From positions 1 to 63,455 of the IMG/VR virus record IMGVR_UViG_3300024974_000006: a DNA stretch of 63,455 nucleotides; one strand, given 5' to 3'. Of this stretch, positions 53,843-63,373 are shown in pieces (within the stretch, counting starts at the first letter, position 1; each line of letters begins with the position of its first letter). This DNA is from a virus. Taxonomy: Duplodnaviria; Caudoviricetes. The translations under genes and the position numbers were made by a program. The notes under the pieces were generated by a model that searched no databases, was not told the DNA's origin, and saw only the letters and a list, made by a program, of their open reading frames with translations.

Positions 53843-55180
53843 TTAAGCGACCCTCCAATTCTTCGTGGAAATAACTCTTTGATTGGCTTTCATCATCTCA
53901 GACCTAAATGATCTAGATTTAGGAAGGGTTAAACCTACAGCCATATATCTAAAAGCGTCAGCGGGATCAGATGCCCAGTCATGTACTGGGGTGTTTTTAT
54001 AAACTTGATTCTTCTCATCCCATTCTTTTCTATAATTCTTTAAACCATCTAAGCCGATATTACACCTAACCTTATCAAAATTACAGAGAGGAAGAATGGC
54101 TCTAACAGCATTAATACCTTCTTCTTTAGATAATTTAGGAACTATGTTTAATCTAGTACCTTTGAATAACTCCTCTGCCATTTCAAATCTAGTTCTACCT
54201 GTTCCAAATTCAATATTAATCATGTCATGTGGAAAGTTTATAGATTTGTAAACATAGTTTTTATTCTGTAAAACTTTAGCGTAATGCTCTAGTCCTTTAT
54301 TTAGAGAAGTATAATAATCAATTACATTAATCTCTTTACCTAAAGTTTGAGTAAACCATATTGAGGTAGAATCTCCTACTCCTATATCCCACCAAGTTTC
54401 TACTGGGGCTGAAGGATTATGTGGTACTCTACCAACTCGCTTCTCTTTTTCTAATTCTTCTAGCATAGCTAAGTAGTAGAACCCAGAAGCATTTGAAGTC
54501 CATGAATTATAAAACTCTTGTTGGATCATCTCTTCAGACATTCCAGAAGCTCTTTCTTCATCGATCACTTCATCAGATATATATCTATTTCCATTCTCAT
54601 CTAATGTTTGTAGAACGTTATAGTTCTGAACAAACCAACTAGGGTTTCTCATAGCTAGGTTATACATATCATAAAAATGATTTTTTCCATTTACTGAACT
54701 ATTAAATATAGCCCATCCATTATTCTCAGCTAAAATTGGTCTTACAATATTCCAAGCTTTTGGATTTTGGAAAGCATATTCAGAGAATACACAACCTACT
54801 GGGTTACTGCCTCTAATCTTATTAAACTTATCAGTCCCCATGATTTGTATAATTGAGCCATTAGTCAATTGTACTTTCATATCTGTAGAATTCTTAGATT
54901 GTATTAGTGGTTCAGGGATATGATCTAAGAATTTGAAGCCTGAGCCATCAATACCATCCCAAATAACTCTTCGTCCTTGAGCGTATTCAGGAAAGAAGTA
55001 ATAGTAGACACCTCGTCTCTTTAATGCTTCTTTAATAACAACATTGAACATAGTCTTATCCTTACCAGCGCGTCTATGATATACACAGATAGCCCTTCTA
55101 TAACCAGAATCTAATGCAGCTAATAACTCTTTCTGATAGACTCTTGGTTCAAATTGGTAAGGAATAGTTATAATGCTCAT
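53843..55180 (-). CDS. terL: Terminase large subunit
   Basis: HRRAGKD, VFSEYA, GKNHFY, QEFY, WDIG and HDWASD.ADAFRY motifs. Confidence 0.93.
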   Translation of the reverse strand: MSIITIPYQFEPRVYQKELLAALDSGYRRAICVYHRRAGKDKTMFNVVIKEALKRRGVYYYFFPEYAQGRRVIWDGIDGSGFKFLDHIPEPLIQSKNSTDMKVQLTNGSIIQIMGTDKFNKIRGSNPVGCVFSEYAFQNPKAWNIVRPILAENNGWAIFNSSVNGKNHFYDMYNLAMRNPSWFVQNYNVLQTLDENGNRYISDEVIDEERASGMSEEMIQQEFYNSWTSNASGFYYLAMLEELEKEKRVGRVPHNPSAPVETWWDIGVGDSTSIWFTQTLGKEINVIDYYTSLNKGLEHYAKVLQNKNYVYKSINFPHDMINIEFGTGRTRFEMAEELFKGTRLNIVPKLSKEEGINAVRAILPLCNFDKVRCNIGLDGLKNYRKEWDEKNQVYKNTPVHDWASDPADAFRYMAVGLTLPKSRSFRSEMMKANQRVISTKNWRVA

Positions 55181-55270
55181 TTTATCTCTGTACACTCAAT
55201 GTAGAATAGAATATATCCATATGGATTTTGTTGAGTAATAACCTCTTCAGTTACTACTCTGGCTTTTTGT

Positions 55271-55525
55271 TTACAATCCAATTTTAGTTGTTGTTGCTGC
55301 TGTGAAGTAAGTAAAGAGCACGCTACCAAGAGTGGCAAGCCCAAAATTAATAGCATTAAGCGCATCTTGAGGAACATCAATTCCAGTAAAATTAAAAATA
55401 GCTGAAGTAATAATACCAAACGGTACCATTAGTAAACTACGGTTCTTCCATTTTGCTGGATCTTGTAAACTTTCACCAGCTTTAACTGCATTAGCAGCAG
55501 TAATTAGTTTTTGTAATAAAGTCAT
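55271..55525 (-). CDS. Putative holin
   Basis: Two TM helices; GESL.DPA.WKN...T.ATT.KIGL. Confidence 0.65.
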   Translation of the reverse strand: MTLLQKLITAANAVKAGESLQDPAKWKNRSLLMVPFGIITSAIFNFTGIDVPQDALNAINFGLATLGSVLFTYFTAATTTKIGL

Positions 55526-55540
55526 AATTATATTTAATTA

Positions 55541-55777
55541 TTATAATTTAAAGAACCCTTTACTTTGAAGATAAAGAGCGGCTCCAAGAACCAATGCACC
55601 TAAGAATTGAAAAGATCTATTTATAAAAGTCTTCCCTACTTGCTGATACATCTTAGATTCCATTTTAATAACTGCTTTCTCAGCAGCTCTTTCTGCTATC
55701 TCTTCAATCACTTCTTCTGTTATCATTGGATGTCGTCTTCGTTCTACAAATATATCGTTTATTTCTGAAGTATTCAT
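55541..55777 (-). CDS. Membrane protein (lysis-module-like)
   Basis: ERRR motif; C-terminal TM helix. Confidence 0.55.
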   Translation of the reverse strand: MNTSEINDIFVERRRHPMITEEVIEEIAERAAEKAVIKMESKMYQQVGKTFINRSFQFLGALVLGAALYLQSKGFFKL

Positions 55778-55778
55778 A

Positions 55779-56306
55779 CTATAAATCCGCTATAGTTATA
55801 ATTAAACTTTTATCAAATTCTTCAGTTATGCCAGAAGCCCTAGTTACAGTAATATGATTAGTCAAAGTAAGTGTAGTAGTACCAGTAGGAACTATCATAG
55901 CCGTTACTTTACATCTAGTAATCCTGTTATCTATAATATCAGCGATATTTGCAAGTGTTACCCAACTAGGTCCAGTCCAAGTTGATGTAGTAATAACATC
56001 TCCTGCCATTAAACGAACATTAGCAGGCTTACATTTCCATTTCACATCTCCATCATCTGTAGTACCACCTTCTACAGTACCCCATGTAGGCTCTGTTAAA
56101 CTAGAGATACCCCCACTCACACATTCATAAATACATCCATTAGGAGTAGAAGGTATAACAATAGAAATTCCTTTTATATACTCTTGAGATGATAACCTAA
56201 CAGGAGGTCGGTACATTATATAGTAGTATTTCTTAGAATCAGGGTCATGTAAATCCGTCTCAGGCCATATAACTTGACCTGAATCATCAGAGTATAATAT
56301 AGTCAT
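55779..56306 (-). CDS. Tail/fibre-associated protein
   Basis: HDPDSK..Y motif and YEC..GG.S...EPTW...G.T.DG.V.W module. Confidence 0.6.
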   Translation of the reverse strand: MTILYSDDSGQVIWPETDLHDPDSKKYYYIMYRPPVRLSSQEYIKGISIVIPSTPNGCIYECVSGGISSLTEPTWGTVEGGTTDDGDVKWKCKPANVRLMAGDVITTSTWTGPSWVTLANIADIIDNRITRCKVTAMIVPTGTTTLTLTNHITVTRASGITEEFDKSLIITIADL

Positions 56307-56307
56307 A

Positions 56308-56715
56308 TTAGGTTATAGTAAATAATCCGTTAACATTATCGAAATCTAATGTAAATGTCTCAGCAGAGGCCATAGTAATAGATGAACCATAGTCTGACCA
56401 ACCAATCAATTCTTTGTTAGTAGCAGTATCATTATAAATTACCGCATATCTAAATGGACCAACAGAACCGGAAGCAGTTAATACTAAATCAGCCAGGACT
56501 AACTTATAAACACCAGATGTCTGAGTTGAGGAAGTAGTTGTTATATTACGAGTAGATAAGTTTGTATAACTTATTTCAGTTATATCAGCTAATACAGCAT
56601 TTGTAGCTACTGGAGCTGAATTAGTTAAAGCTACTTTTAACTGATCAGAAGCTAGATTATGTACTTTTTCAGCTGCTGCTTTAGCAAAGGTATTAAATTT
56701 ATTTAAAGTTGCCAT
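56308..56715 (-). CDS. Virion structural protein
   Basis: MAT.NKF..F, LKVALTN and GPFRYAVIYNDT motifs. Confidence 0.65.
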   Translation of the reverse strand: MATLNKFNTFAKAAAEKVHNLASDQLKVALTNSAPVATNAVLADITEISYTNLSTRNITTTSSTQTSGVYKLVLADLVLTASGSVGPFRYAVIYNDTATNKELIGWSDYGSSITMASAETFTLDFDNVNGLFTIT

Positions 56716-56724
56716 TAGTTTCCT

Positions 56725-57780
56725 TTAAGGAGAGATTATATCCGTTACAGTATTGCAAGTAGATATAGATAGTATTTTGTTATCTTCTACTGTATTAAGT
56801 AATATCGGTAAAGATGTTATTGTAAAAATTGGAATATTAGGATAATCTAAGACTATTATATCAGTTGGTATCTTATAAGAGTATAATAATTTTATTTTAT
56901 TATTATTTATACTAAGAGTAGCTACATCTTGAATATAAAATGGTCTAGTAAAAGCTATACCTATGGATACAGGATCAATAATATAATTATTAAAGTCTAT
57001 TATAAATAATCTGTTATAAACATTAGCAATATCAGTAGGACTTACTGCATAATTAACAGTATCTAATACTATCGCCCTACCTAATATATAATTAGGTTCT
57101 ACTGTAGTTATATCATAGAGACTAGTAGTTATACTAATTTTATTATATTTGACTAAATCTATATTAGATGTAACTATAGACATGCTATCAGTTATTATGG
57201 GCAACTGAAAGGTCCTAGAAAATATAATTTCATTAGTAGTTATATCTATAGGAGTAGACATAACATAACTATCTCTTCCTAATGGAAAAATCATTCCATT
57301 AGTGTTTATAGAATGAGCAGAATAATCTATAGTTAATGTTCTATTATAATACTCATTTAGAGTATTAGTACTAATTAAGTAGTTTTGAGTAGAGATACTC
57401 AAAAAATTATTATATAATAAAAATAAATCAGATGGAACTACGCTAAATAGTCCAGTGTTAATTAAGAGAACCTTATCTATAAGGTAAGATATACTATTAG
57501 TTGAAATAATATAACTACCAGCTGTTATAGAAACCTCTCTATCAAATAATAAATTTAAATTATTTGGAGTAATTACAAATGAATTAGTAGTTGTACTTAT
57601 TAATCGATTAAATAATAAATTTAATGAACTATTAGAGATTGAATAACTTTGATTACTAATAGTTAATGTGTAACTATTAGTATCTCCAAAATTAAGTGCA
57701 ACAGCATTGCTAGATGGAGCGGTATAACTAGTATTAAAATTTAATACTACTGCATTATAATTTGGAGGAGTGTATGACAT
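56725..57780 (-). CDS. Fibre-like protein with ~22-aa repeats
   Basis: Periodic units such as TLTISNQSYSISNSSLNLLFNR. Confidence 0.65.
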   Translation of the reverse strand: MSYTPPNYNAVVLNFNTSYTAPSSNAVALNFGDTNSYTLTISNQSYSISNSSLNLLFNRLISTTTNSFVITPNNLNLLFDREVSITAGSYIISTNSISYLIDKVLLINTGLFSVVPSDLFLLYNNFLSISTQNYLISTNTLNEYYNRTLTIDYSAHSINTNGMIFPLGRDSYVMSTPIDITTNEIIFSRTFQLPIITDSMSIVTSNIDLVKYNKISITTSLYDITTVEPNYILGRAIVLDTVNYAVSPTDIANVYNRLFIIDFNNYIIDPVSIGIAFTRPFYIQDVATLSINNNKIKLLYSYKIPTDIIVLDYPNIPIFTITSLPILLNTVEDNKILSISTCNTVTDIISP

Positions 57781-57783
57781 AGA

Positions 57784-58131
57784 TTATCCTGGAACTATCT
57801 TATCAAAGATAACAGCATTATAACTAGGTCCACCATCTTTTTCTACGGCTAAAACATAATATTTATTATTTTTATCTAGGCCAGAAAAAGAGAAAGTACC
57901 ATTAGCTGCGGAGATGGTTGATTGTAATAGAATACCAGATCTTATCTCATAGATATTAACAACCCTGTTCTGAACTGGTACTGTGAGTTCAGTTACAGTA
58001 CCACTTATTACTCCATTACCAGATGAGTATCCAGACTTAACATCCTCTAGTTTAGTGACTATCTTACCTGTCCAAGTAGATTGAGATGGGATAAAAGAAG
58101 TGGTACTAGGATCATTAATATAATCTGTCAT
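57784..58131 (-). CDS. Tail accessory protein (carboxypeptidase-regulatory-like beta sandwich)
   Basis: G.ISGTV...V.NR.V..Y....G.L...T.S..NG.F.F.GL...YNAVI.D. Confidence 0.65.
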   Translation of the reverse strand: MTDYINDPSTTSFIPSQSTWTGKIVTKLEDVKSGYSSGNGVISGTVTELTVPVQNRVVNIYEIRSGILLQSTISAANGTFSFSGLDKNNKYYVLAVEKDGGPSYNAVIFDKIVPG

Positions 58132-58132
58132 C

Positions 58133-59362
58133 CTATCTCCATGGACCTGTCATATCTACATGAACACTTCCTGTTAATTCAGCTGTCACTGTCGCTGATC
58201 CTATATTAATAGAATAAAACCTTCTACCTGTAGTAAGTGGAGAAGTAGAAACATAAGTATTAGTATGAGGTATACTTCTATATTGGAGAGGTACATATAC
58301 TCCAGGAACCCATCCTCTAATTCCTACAGATAAAGGGGCAGCACCTCCAGTAACCTGTAAAACGCCTATACGAGTAGCGTAATAACCTCCATTAGCATTA
58401 TTAGGTGTGCTCATAACATAAGAAGCGGTTGTATAATAAGAGCCAACTATTGTTTTAACTGAAGTACTCGCTCCCTTTAAAGAGTATGGGTCCCACTGAT
58501 AAACACCTGCATTCTTAGTCACTCCAGAGCCATCCCTAGATAATCTCCCAGAAATAGAGAAGTCAGTAGTGGTATTAGAGATATATGTTGGTAGGTTGAT
58601 AGCACATATTGAAAAACAAACACCTGGACTAGCAGGGGTGGCTGTTGAGTTATGTGCAATACTCATAGCTCCATAGAGATCCCCTGTAACTTCAGACGTA
58701 ACATCCCCTGCTACATAATAAGCATAATTATTAGCATTGGAGGCGTGGAAAGCAGCAAAGAATAAAATAACTCTATCATCAGTGAAGAGTATCCATGGAC
58801 GAGCAGTGGCATCAGCAGTAGACGATTTATGCCAATAGTTGGTAGTAGTTGCATCAATTCCAGTATCTACATCTGTCATACTCTCATAGACAGCATGAGA
58901 AGCGTAGGTAGTTGTAGAGTCTTCAAATCTATGATAAAACCTGCTTCCTCCTGAAGTATCCCCAGTACGATATACTGCTTTATTAGTACCACTATAAGTC
59001 CTAGCCCAAATATCATTAGGCATTACCTTAGCAGTTATAGTACCAGTAGCTGGAGTGGCTGGAGTACCTGTAACAGTGAAATCAAAGGTATTAGCTGTTA
59101 CATTAAAGATTGGGGTATTAATATTATACTCTGTTTGATCTGCCCCACTGATCCTTAGAGCTTGAAAGGCATCAGAAGTAAATCCATGAGCAGTGCATGT
59201 TGCAGTAGCTGTAGATCCAGAACGAGTAATGGTGATTGTTTTAGAGTTGTATCCATCTATTAAACAAGCTTTAATTACAGCTTCCAATGCTCCAGCAGAA
59301 CCAGAGAGAACTGGTGCTCCTGTATCAGTACTTCTATATATTTTTACAGCATTAACAGCCAT
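58133..59362 (-). CDS. Tail protein
   Basis: YRSTDTGAPVLSG.AG.L..V.KACL.DGY N-terminus; C-terminal D.TGPWR. Confidence 0.75.
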   Translation of the reverse strand: MAVNAVKIYRSTDTGAPVLSGSAGALEAVIKACLIDGYNSKTITITRSGSTATATCTAHGFTSDAFQALRISGADQTEYNINTPIFNVTANTFDFTVTGTPATPATGTITAKVMPNDIWARTYSGTNKAVYRTGDTSGGSRFYHRFEDSTTTYASHAVYESMTDVDTGIDATTTNYWHKSSTADATARPWILFTDDRVILFFAAFHASNANNYAYYVAGDVTSEVTGDLYGAMSIAHNSTATPASPGVCFSICAINLPTYISNTTTDFSISGRLSRDGSGVTKNAGVYQWDPYSLKGASTSVKTIVGSYYTTASYVMSTPNNANGGYYATRIGVLQVTGGAAPLSVGIRGWVPGVYVPLQYRSIPHTNTYVSTSPLTTGRRFYSINIGSATVTAELTGSVHVDMTGPWR

Positions 59363-59370
59363 GTTTACCT

Positions 59371-59883
59371 CTAATTATATTCAATTATTTCAACCATATC
59401 CTCTAAATCTAAGGATGATAATTCTACTTCTTCTTTAATTTCAATTTGATCTATATCTCCTTGAGTAACTTGGATCTTAGACCCAGAGGGAGCATAGTGG
59501 ATAATGTTAAATGTATGATTTTCAGTTTCTTTCTTATCAGTAAATATTCCTAGATGTTTACCTAGGACAGTTAAAGCTGCTATTCGAGCAGAGTGAGAAG
59601 AAGTTCTATCTTCTCTAATAGCCTCCTTATACATCTTCTCAATGATAATTTCAGGTTTTAATTCAAGAGCTTCAGTTCTTTCTTGGAGTGCTGATTGAAT
59701 ATGGAATTGAATGTTAGTTCTACGAGAATAAGGATTATCCTCTTTAGGATGTTTTATCTCTGGGACTACTTGAGAATGAGCATAGGAGTGAGATAGTTTA
59801 GAAAGATACGCTCTTACATACAATTTTTCTACTGGGTCTAATCTAGGAGTTTTTAATTCTAATATTTCTTCATTGTTTTCCAT
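59371..59883 (-). CDS. terS: Terminase small subunit
   Basis: ARIAAL..LGKHLG.F motif. Confidence 0.7.
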   Translation of the reverse strand: MENNEEILELKTPRLDPVEKLYVRAYLSKLSHSYAHSQVVPEIKHPKEDNPYSRRTNIQFHIQSALQERTEALELKPEIIIEKMYKEAIREDRTSSHSARIAALTVLGKHLGIFTDKKETENHTFNIIHYAPSGSKIQVTQGDIDQIEIKEEVELSSLDLEDMVEIIEYN

Positions 59884-60147
59884 TTATTTTTTACCAGCTC
59901 TCTTATTACGAGGATAAGATCTGTTAGCACTTTTAGATTTTACTCTAAGGTTAGATGAAGAGTTATTATTAGCGTTGGTATCAGCATGATCTACATCTAA
60001 CCCATCTCCTAATCTTACTTTCCCCTTTTTCATTAAGGAGTATCTAGCCCTGCCTCTACTTGCTCTTTTCTTTTTCTGAGAAGGGGCAGCATGATAATTA
60101 GCATACTCCTGAGCATAATCTCTTTTATAGTTTGGAGATGATGGCAT
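59884..60147 (-). CDS. HNH endonuclease (packaging-associated type)
   Basis: RDY..EY, GDGLDVDH...N....NLRV...ANRS. Confidence 0.8.
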   Translation of the reverse strand: MPSSPNYKRDYAQEYANYHAAPSQKKKRASRGRARYSLMKKGKVRLGDGLDVDHADTNANNNSSSNLRVKSKSANRSYPRNKRAGKK

Positions 60148-60560
60148 TATGGTGCTTCCTTTACTTGTTTATTGTTATTTGGAGAAGATGCTGGATCAGC
60201 AAATAATCTTACTGCTTGATAGACCATTTTAGCTCTAAGGGGCAGCATACCATCTTTTAGACAAATAGTTACTAGAATCTTATCTGCCATTTCTCTATGA
60301 ATATGATGGTCTAAGTGAGACTCTCTCATTAATTGATAGAGAGCATCATGAACTAGACTCCCCCTCATGAAAGAAGGGGTATCAATAGTTGGACCTGAAG
60401 GACCATCCCAAGCATATCCTTTGAATATGATTAATCTTCCATCTTCATATAAATTAATGAAGGGAGTAGTAATAGCTTCATGGGGATAGATAGGAATCTT
60501 AATGGAGTAGTCTTCATTTAATTGATATTTATAACCATCTTTAAATCTTATTTTATCCAT
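60147..60560 (-). CDS. DUF1353-like protein
   Basis: GYAWDG, SLVHDALYQ, AD and Y.AVR.F motifs. Confidence 0.8.
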   Translation of the reverse strand: MDKIRFKDGYKYQLNEDYSIKIPIYPHEAITTPFINLYEDGRLIIFKGYAWDGPSGPTIDTPSFMRGSLVHDALYQLMRESHLDHHIHREMADKILVTICLKDGMLPLRAKMVYQAVRLFADPASSPNNNKQVKEAP

Positions 60561-60922
60561 TAAGGCACCTTGCTTAGTGTAACAGTCGTAGACTCTTAAG
60601 GTGGACTATAAGTCCTATAAGTCTTATTGTTTATTCTTTTAGTCTTATTTATTATATTTTAAACATTAAGGGATTAATAGTCTATATAATACATATAGAC
60701 CCCCCTATCCCCCCATACGGTCTTAGACAAGATAAAATTATAAAAAGTTCAATTAATGAATTAAGGGATAAAAAATTATAATTTTAAGACTTTTAGAGCT
60801 ATTAGTACTATTAGTGTGGTTCAATGTTAAGACCTGTAAGGTCACCTTTTTCTCTGAATGCTTTTAGTCCCCCAGGAAGGGGGTTTGGAGATATTGGGAT
60901 CTATGGGAATAAGGGTTATATT

Positions 60923-61024
60923 ATTTATATTTGTATTTCTGGAAAGTAGGTGTAGTGGGCATGTGGGTCATACGATTTATATTTGTATTTCTGGAAAGTA
61001 GGTGTAGTGGGTATGAGGGTCATA
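60923..61024. repeat. Two tandem ~50-bp copies with a 52-bp period
   Basis: atttatatttgtatttctggaaagtaggtgtagtgggYatgWgggtcata at 60923 and 60975. Confidence 0.95.
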
Positions 61025-61134
61025 TACATATACCTTATAAAACTCAAAGAACCTTCTCTAATACCCCCCCCTTGGTTCTAGCAGTTTCTCTCAGTCCTTT
61101 TTATACTATTAGTATTATTACTTCTGTCAGTAAC

Positions 61135-61164
61135 ATTGTACCATGGGACTTAGGGTTGTGTCAA
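61135..61164 (-). promoter_or_regulatory. Leftward sigma70-type promoter facing the structural arm
   Basis: TTGACA, 18 bp, TACAAT, with TGG extension. Confidence 0.65.
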
Positions 61165-61293
61165 TGAGAACAGAAAGAAAACACAAGATGTAGTAGTATT
61201 ATGGTACTGGAGGCACTAGATATAGTGTTTCTAAGGGATATATCAATAGCTCCTATCCCACTCCTTATTATATATAAGCTCTCTCAGCCCCTA

Positions 61294-61322
61294 TTGACAT
61301 TCCATACAGGATATGAGAGACT
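61294..61322 (+). promoter_or_regulatory. Early promoter 1
   Basis: TTGACA, 17 bp, GAGACT, preceded by TGA. Confidence 0.65.
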
Positions 61323-61388
61323 ATAAGCGTTCCAAAGAGAGACTTTGGAAGCTCTAAATCCCACGCTACTATATAAGCCTAGCAGGGA

Positions 61389-61417
61389 TTGACAAATTGA
61401 GCGGGGTGTGAGAGAAT
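61389..61417 (+). promoter_or_regulatory. Early promoter 2
   Basis: TTGACA, 17 bp, GAGAAT, preceded by TGA; same layout as promoter 1. Confidence 0.65.
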
Positions 61418-61421
61418 TTAG

Positions 61422-61830
61422 CCGTACCAAATAGAACACTTGGTACAGAACACCTTTAGAGTAAAAGGTATAGCAAAACCTTTGCCACTCTATCGATGCA
61501 CAAGTATGTGTAGACTAGTGTGATACCTAGCAGGCTGGCAACCTTTGGAGCTTTTAGAGCAAAGCTAATAGTGCCGACATGAGTATGCACTCAAGTAATG
61601 TAATTTAATTACCAAGCTTGAATGAGGAACAGGCATAGATTAGCATATACGCTGAAATAGCGCGTATGTGGATATGGGTAAGTGCGTCATAAAACCGACT
61701 GACTGCGGGGACGTATGCCATATTTGAAGAGGATGAAACCTTGAATAAAGGGCTACAGTCTAAACAAGGTCTAATTATGTTTGTATAAAACATGGTTAGG
61801 GTAATGAGAATTGGCTTATTACCCTGGATA
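61422..61830 (+). ncRNA. Candidate structured non-coding RNA or leader
   Basis: No credible ORF; series of hairpins and long-range pairings directly after the promoters. Confidence 0.45.
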
Positions 61831-61887
61831 ACTAATAAGCCTTTATTACATTAATAAGGGTTTATCATTTATTCAATTAACTTGTAG

Positions 61888-62121
61888 GTGATTATCATGG
61901 CTAGAACTAAAGATGCTATCCGCCTAATGGATAAAATAGGGCAGAAAGTATGCTCTTCTAATCCTTTAGATAGGAACATGTCTAAAGACAAAATTGTAAA
62001 GAATGTCTATAAACATAAGTCAGGTATGATGACGGGCAATACTACCAATCGCTTCGGTACTAAAGTCCATACTGTTTTTGATGTAAAACTCCAGGCTTGG
62101 ATTTATACACAAGTAGTTTAG
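61888..62121 (+). CDS. Early hypothetical protein
   Basis: AGGTGA RBS; likely start is ATG 61897. Confidence 0.65.
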   Translation: MIIMARTKDAIRLMDKIGQKVCSSNPLDRNMSKDKIVKNVYKHKSGMMTGNTTNRFGTKVHTVFDVKLQAWIYTQVV

Positions 62122-62217
62122 TCTACTCTCTTCAGCCTCCTAAAGGCAAACTCCACACCCTTAGTCCTTCATTGGACTAGGGGTACTTTTGTTCACTTAA
62201 AATCTATAGACTCAATT

Positions 62218-62439
62218 ATGAATCCATCAATCGAGAAGAAAATAATAAAGGCTGAATTATTGTTTGTTAGATTAAGAGACTTAGGTGCTTTTCCGCACTT
62301 CTACGGAATGAAAAAGCTTAGAAGAAAATACAAGAAACTTCGCAGAATCGGCGAGGAGTGTAGAAAATCTTTAGATGTAGACCTATGGGACTATACAGTG
62401 ATAACGAATGAACTGTGTATAAAACATAATATTACTTAA
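62218..62439 (+). CDS. Early hypothetical protein
   Basis: ORF between two hairpins. Confidence 0.55.
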   Translation: MNPSIEKKIIKAELLFVRLRDLGAFPHFYGMKKLRRKYKKLRRIGEECRKSLDVDLWDYTVITNELCIKHNIT

Positions 62440-62542
62440 TTATCCACCATTATTCCAGCTACTTTAAGTTCTAACTTATTAGCTGGAATACTAGTGCATA
62501 AATGTAATTTATAAGCACTATCCCATAAACTTAATTAGATAG

Positions 62543-63283
62543 GTGAATACAATGGCTGAATACACACAAAAACAAAGAGAAACTGAGAGGAACAATATAA
62601 TGTCCAAACTCGGTGTTCTCTTAAAACAAATCGGTACGGTACAAGGTAACGCTCACAATCTATTGATTGATGTAGTTCTTTACACTTTCAAGAACCGCTC
62701 TGACTTATCGGTAGTAACCAGTGTAATGAATAGTATTACATCCCATAAAGGATCATTCAGGGTCGAGTCTATCGGCTACTGGTTAACGGAAGTCGCTGGA
62801 GTGTCGTGTACTGTTAAAGATAACGTATGGGCATGTAAGTTGAACCGTGACTCTTCTAAACACGGTGTAGAGTTTACATACGACCGAAAGCATCTTGATA
62901 GATGTAAGGAGGACGGATTAAGATTCTGGATAATAGCTCCGGTAGTAATGAAGGAACTAAAGATTGCGGATGACTTAGATAAGGTTACATCCTCGGCTGA
63001 GACTCAACTTGCTAGAGCATTGGCGGCTGGTAAGATTAGCGAGGACGCTTTAGCTTTGCATGTGTCTAACATGGTGTCAAGAATCCGGCAATTAGCTGGT
63101 TCTGGTAAGACCAAAGACTTTCTTGAAGAGTTTTATGCCTCACATCCTGACCAGCGTCCAGTCCTCCGGCAATTGGAGGATGAATTGAATGAAGAGAGGT
63201 CGATAGTGGAATTAGAAGGCGAGGTAATCACTGCCTCTCTATCTCCTACTAACTCTCTCGAACTAGCAACGATTACCGCATAA
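62543..63283 (+). CDS. Early hypothetical protein
   Basis: AGGTGA RBS; 246 aa; GC-richer than neighbouring genes. Confidence 0.8.
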   Translation: MNTMAEYTQKQRETERNNIMSKLGVLLKQIGTVQGNAHNLLIDVVLYTFKNRSDLSVVTSVMNSITSHKGSFRVESIGYWLTEVAGVSCTVKDNVWACKLNRDSSKHGVEFTYDRKHLDRCKEDGLRFWIIAPVVMKELKIADDLDKVTSSAETQLARALAAGKISEDALALHVSNMVSRIRQLAGSGKTKDFLEEFYASHPDQRPVLRQLEDELNEERSIVELEGEVITASLSPTNSLELATITA

Positions 63284-63373
63284 GCTTAACCCTTAACCCC
63301 TTAGTACCATTAATAGCTTTCAGTTATCTGAATGGATTGATGGTACTTCCTTACTTCATATAGGATTAATACA

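Noticed and set aside
60923-61024. Mini-CRISPR array
   Set aside because: Two almost fully duplicated units with no unique spacer
60931-61167. 78-aa + strand ORF
   Set aside because: TTG start with no RBS, spans the tandem repeat and lies upstream of the early promoters
61715-61780. Hammerhead-ribozyme-like string TTGAAGAG-GAT-GAAACCTTG...CAAGGTC
   Set aside because: Stem III and a GUC triplet fit, but core C3 is U, stem II is essentially absent and stem I pairs poorly; not supportable without a covariance-model hit
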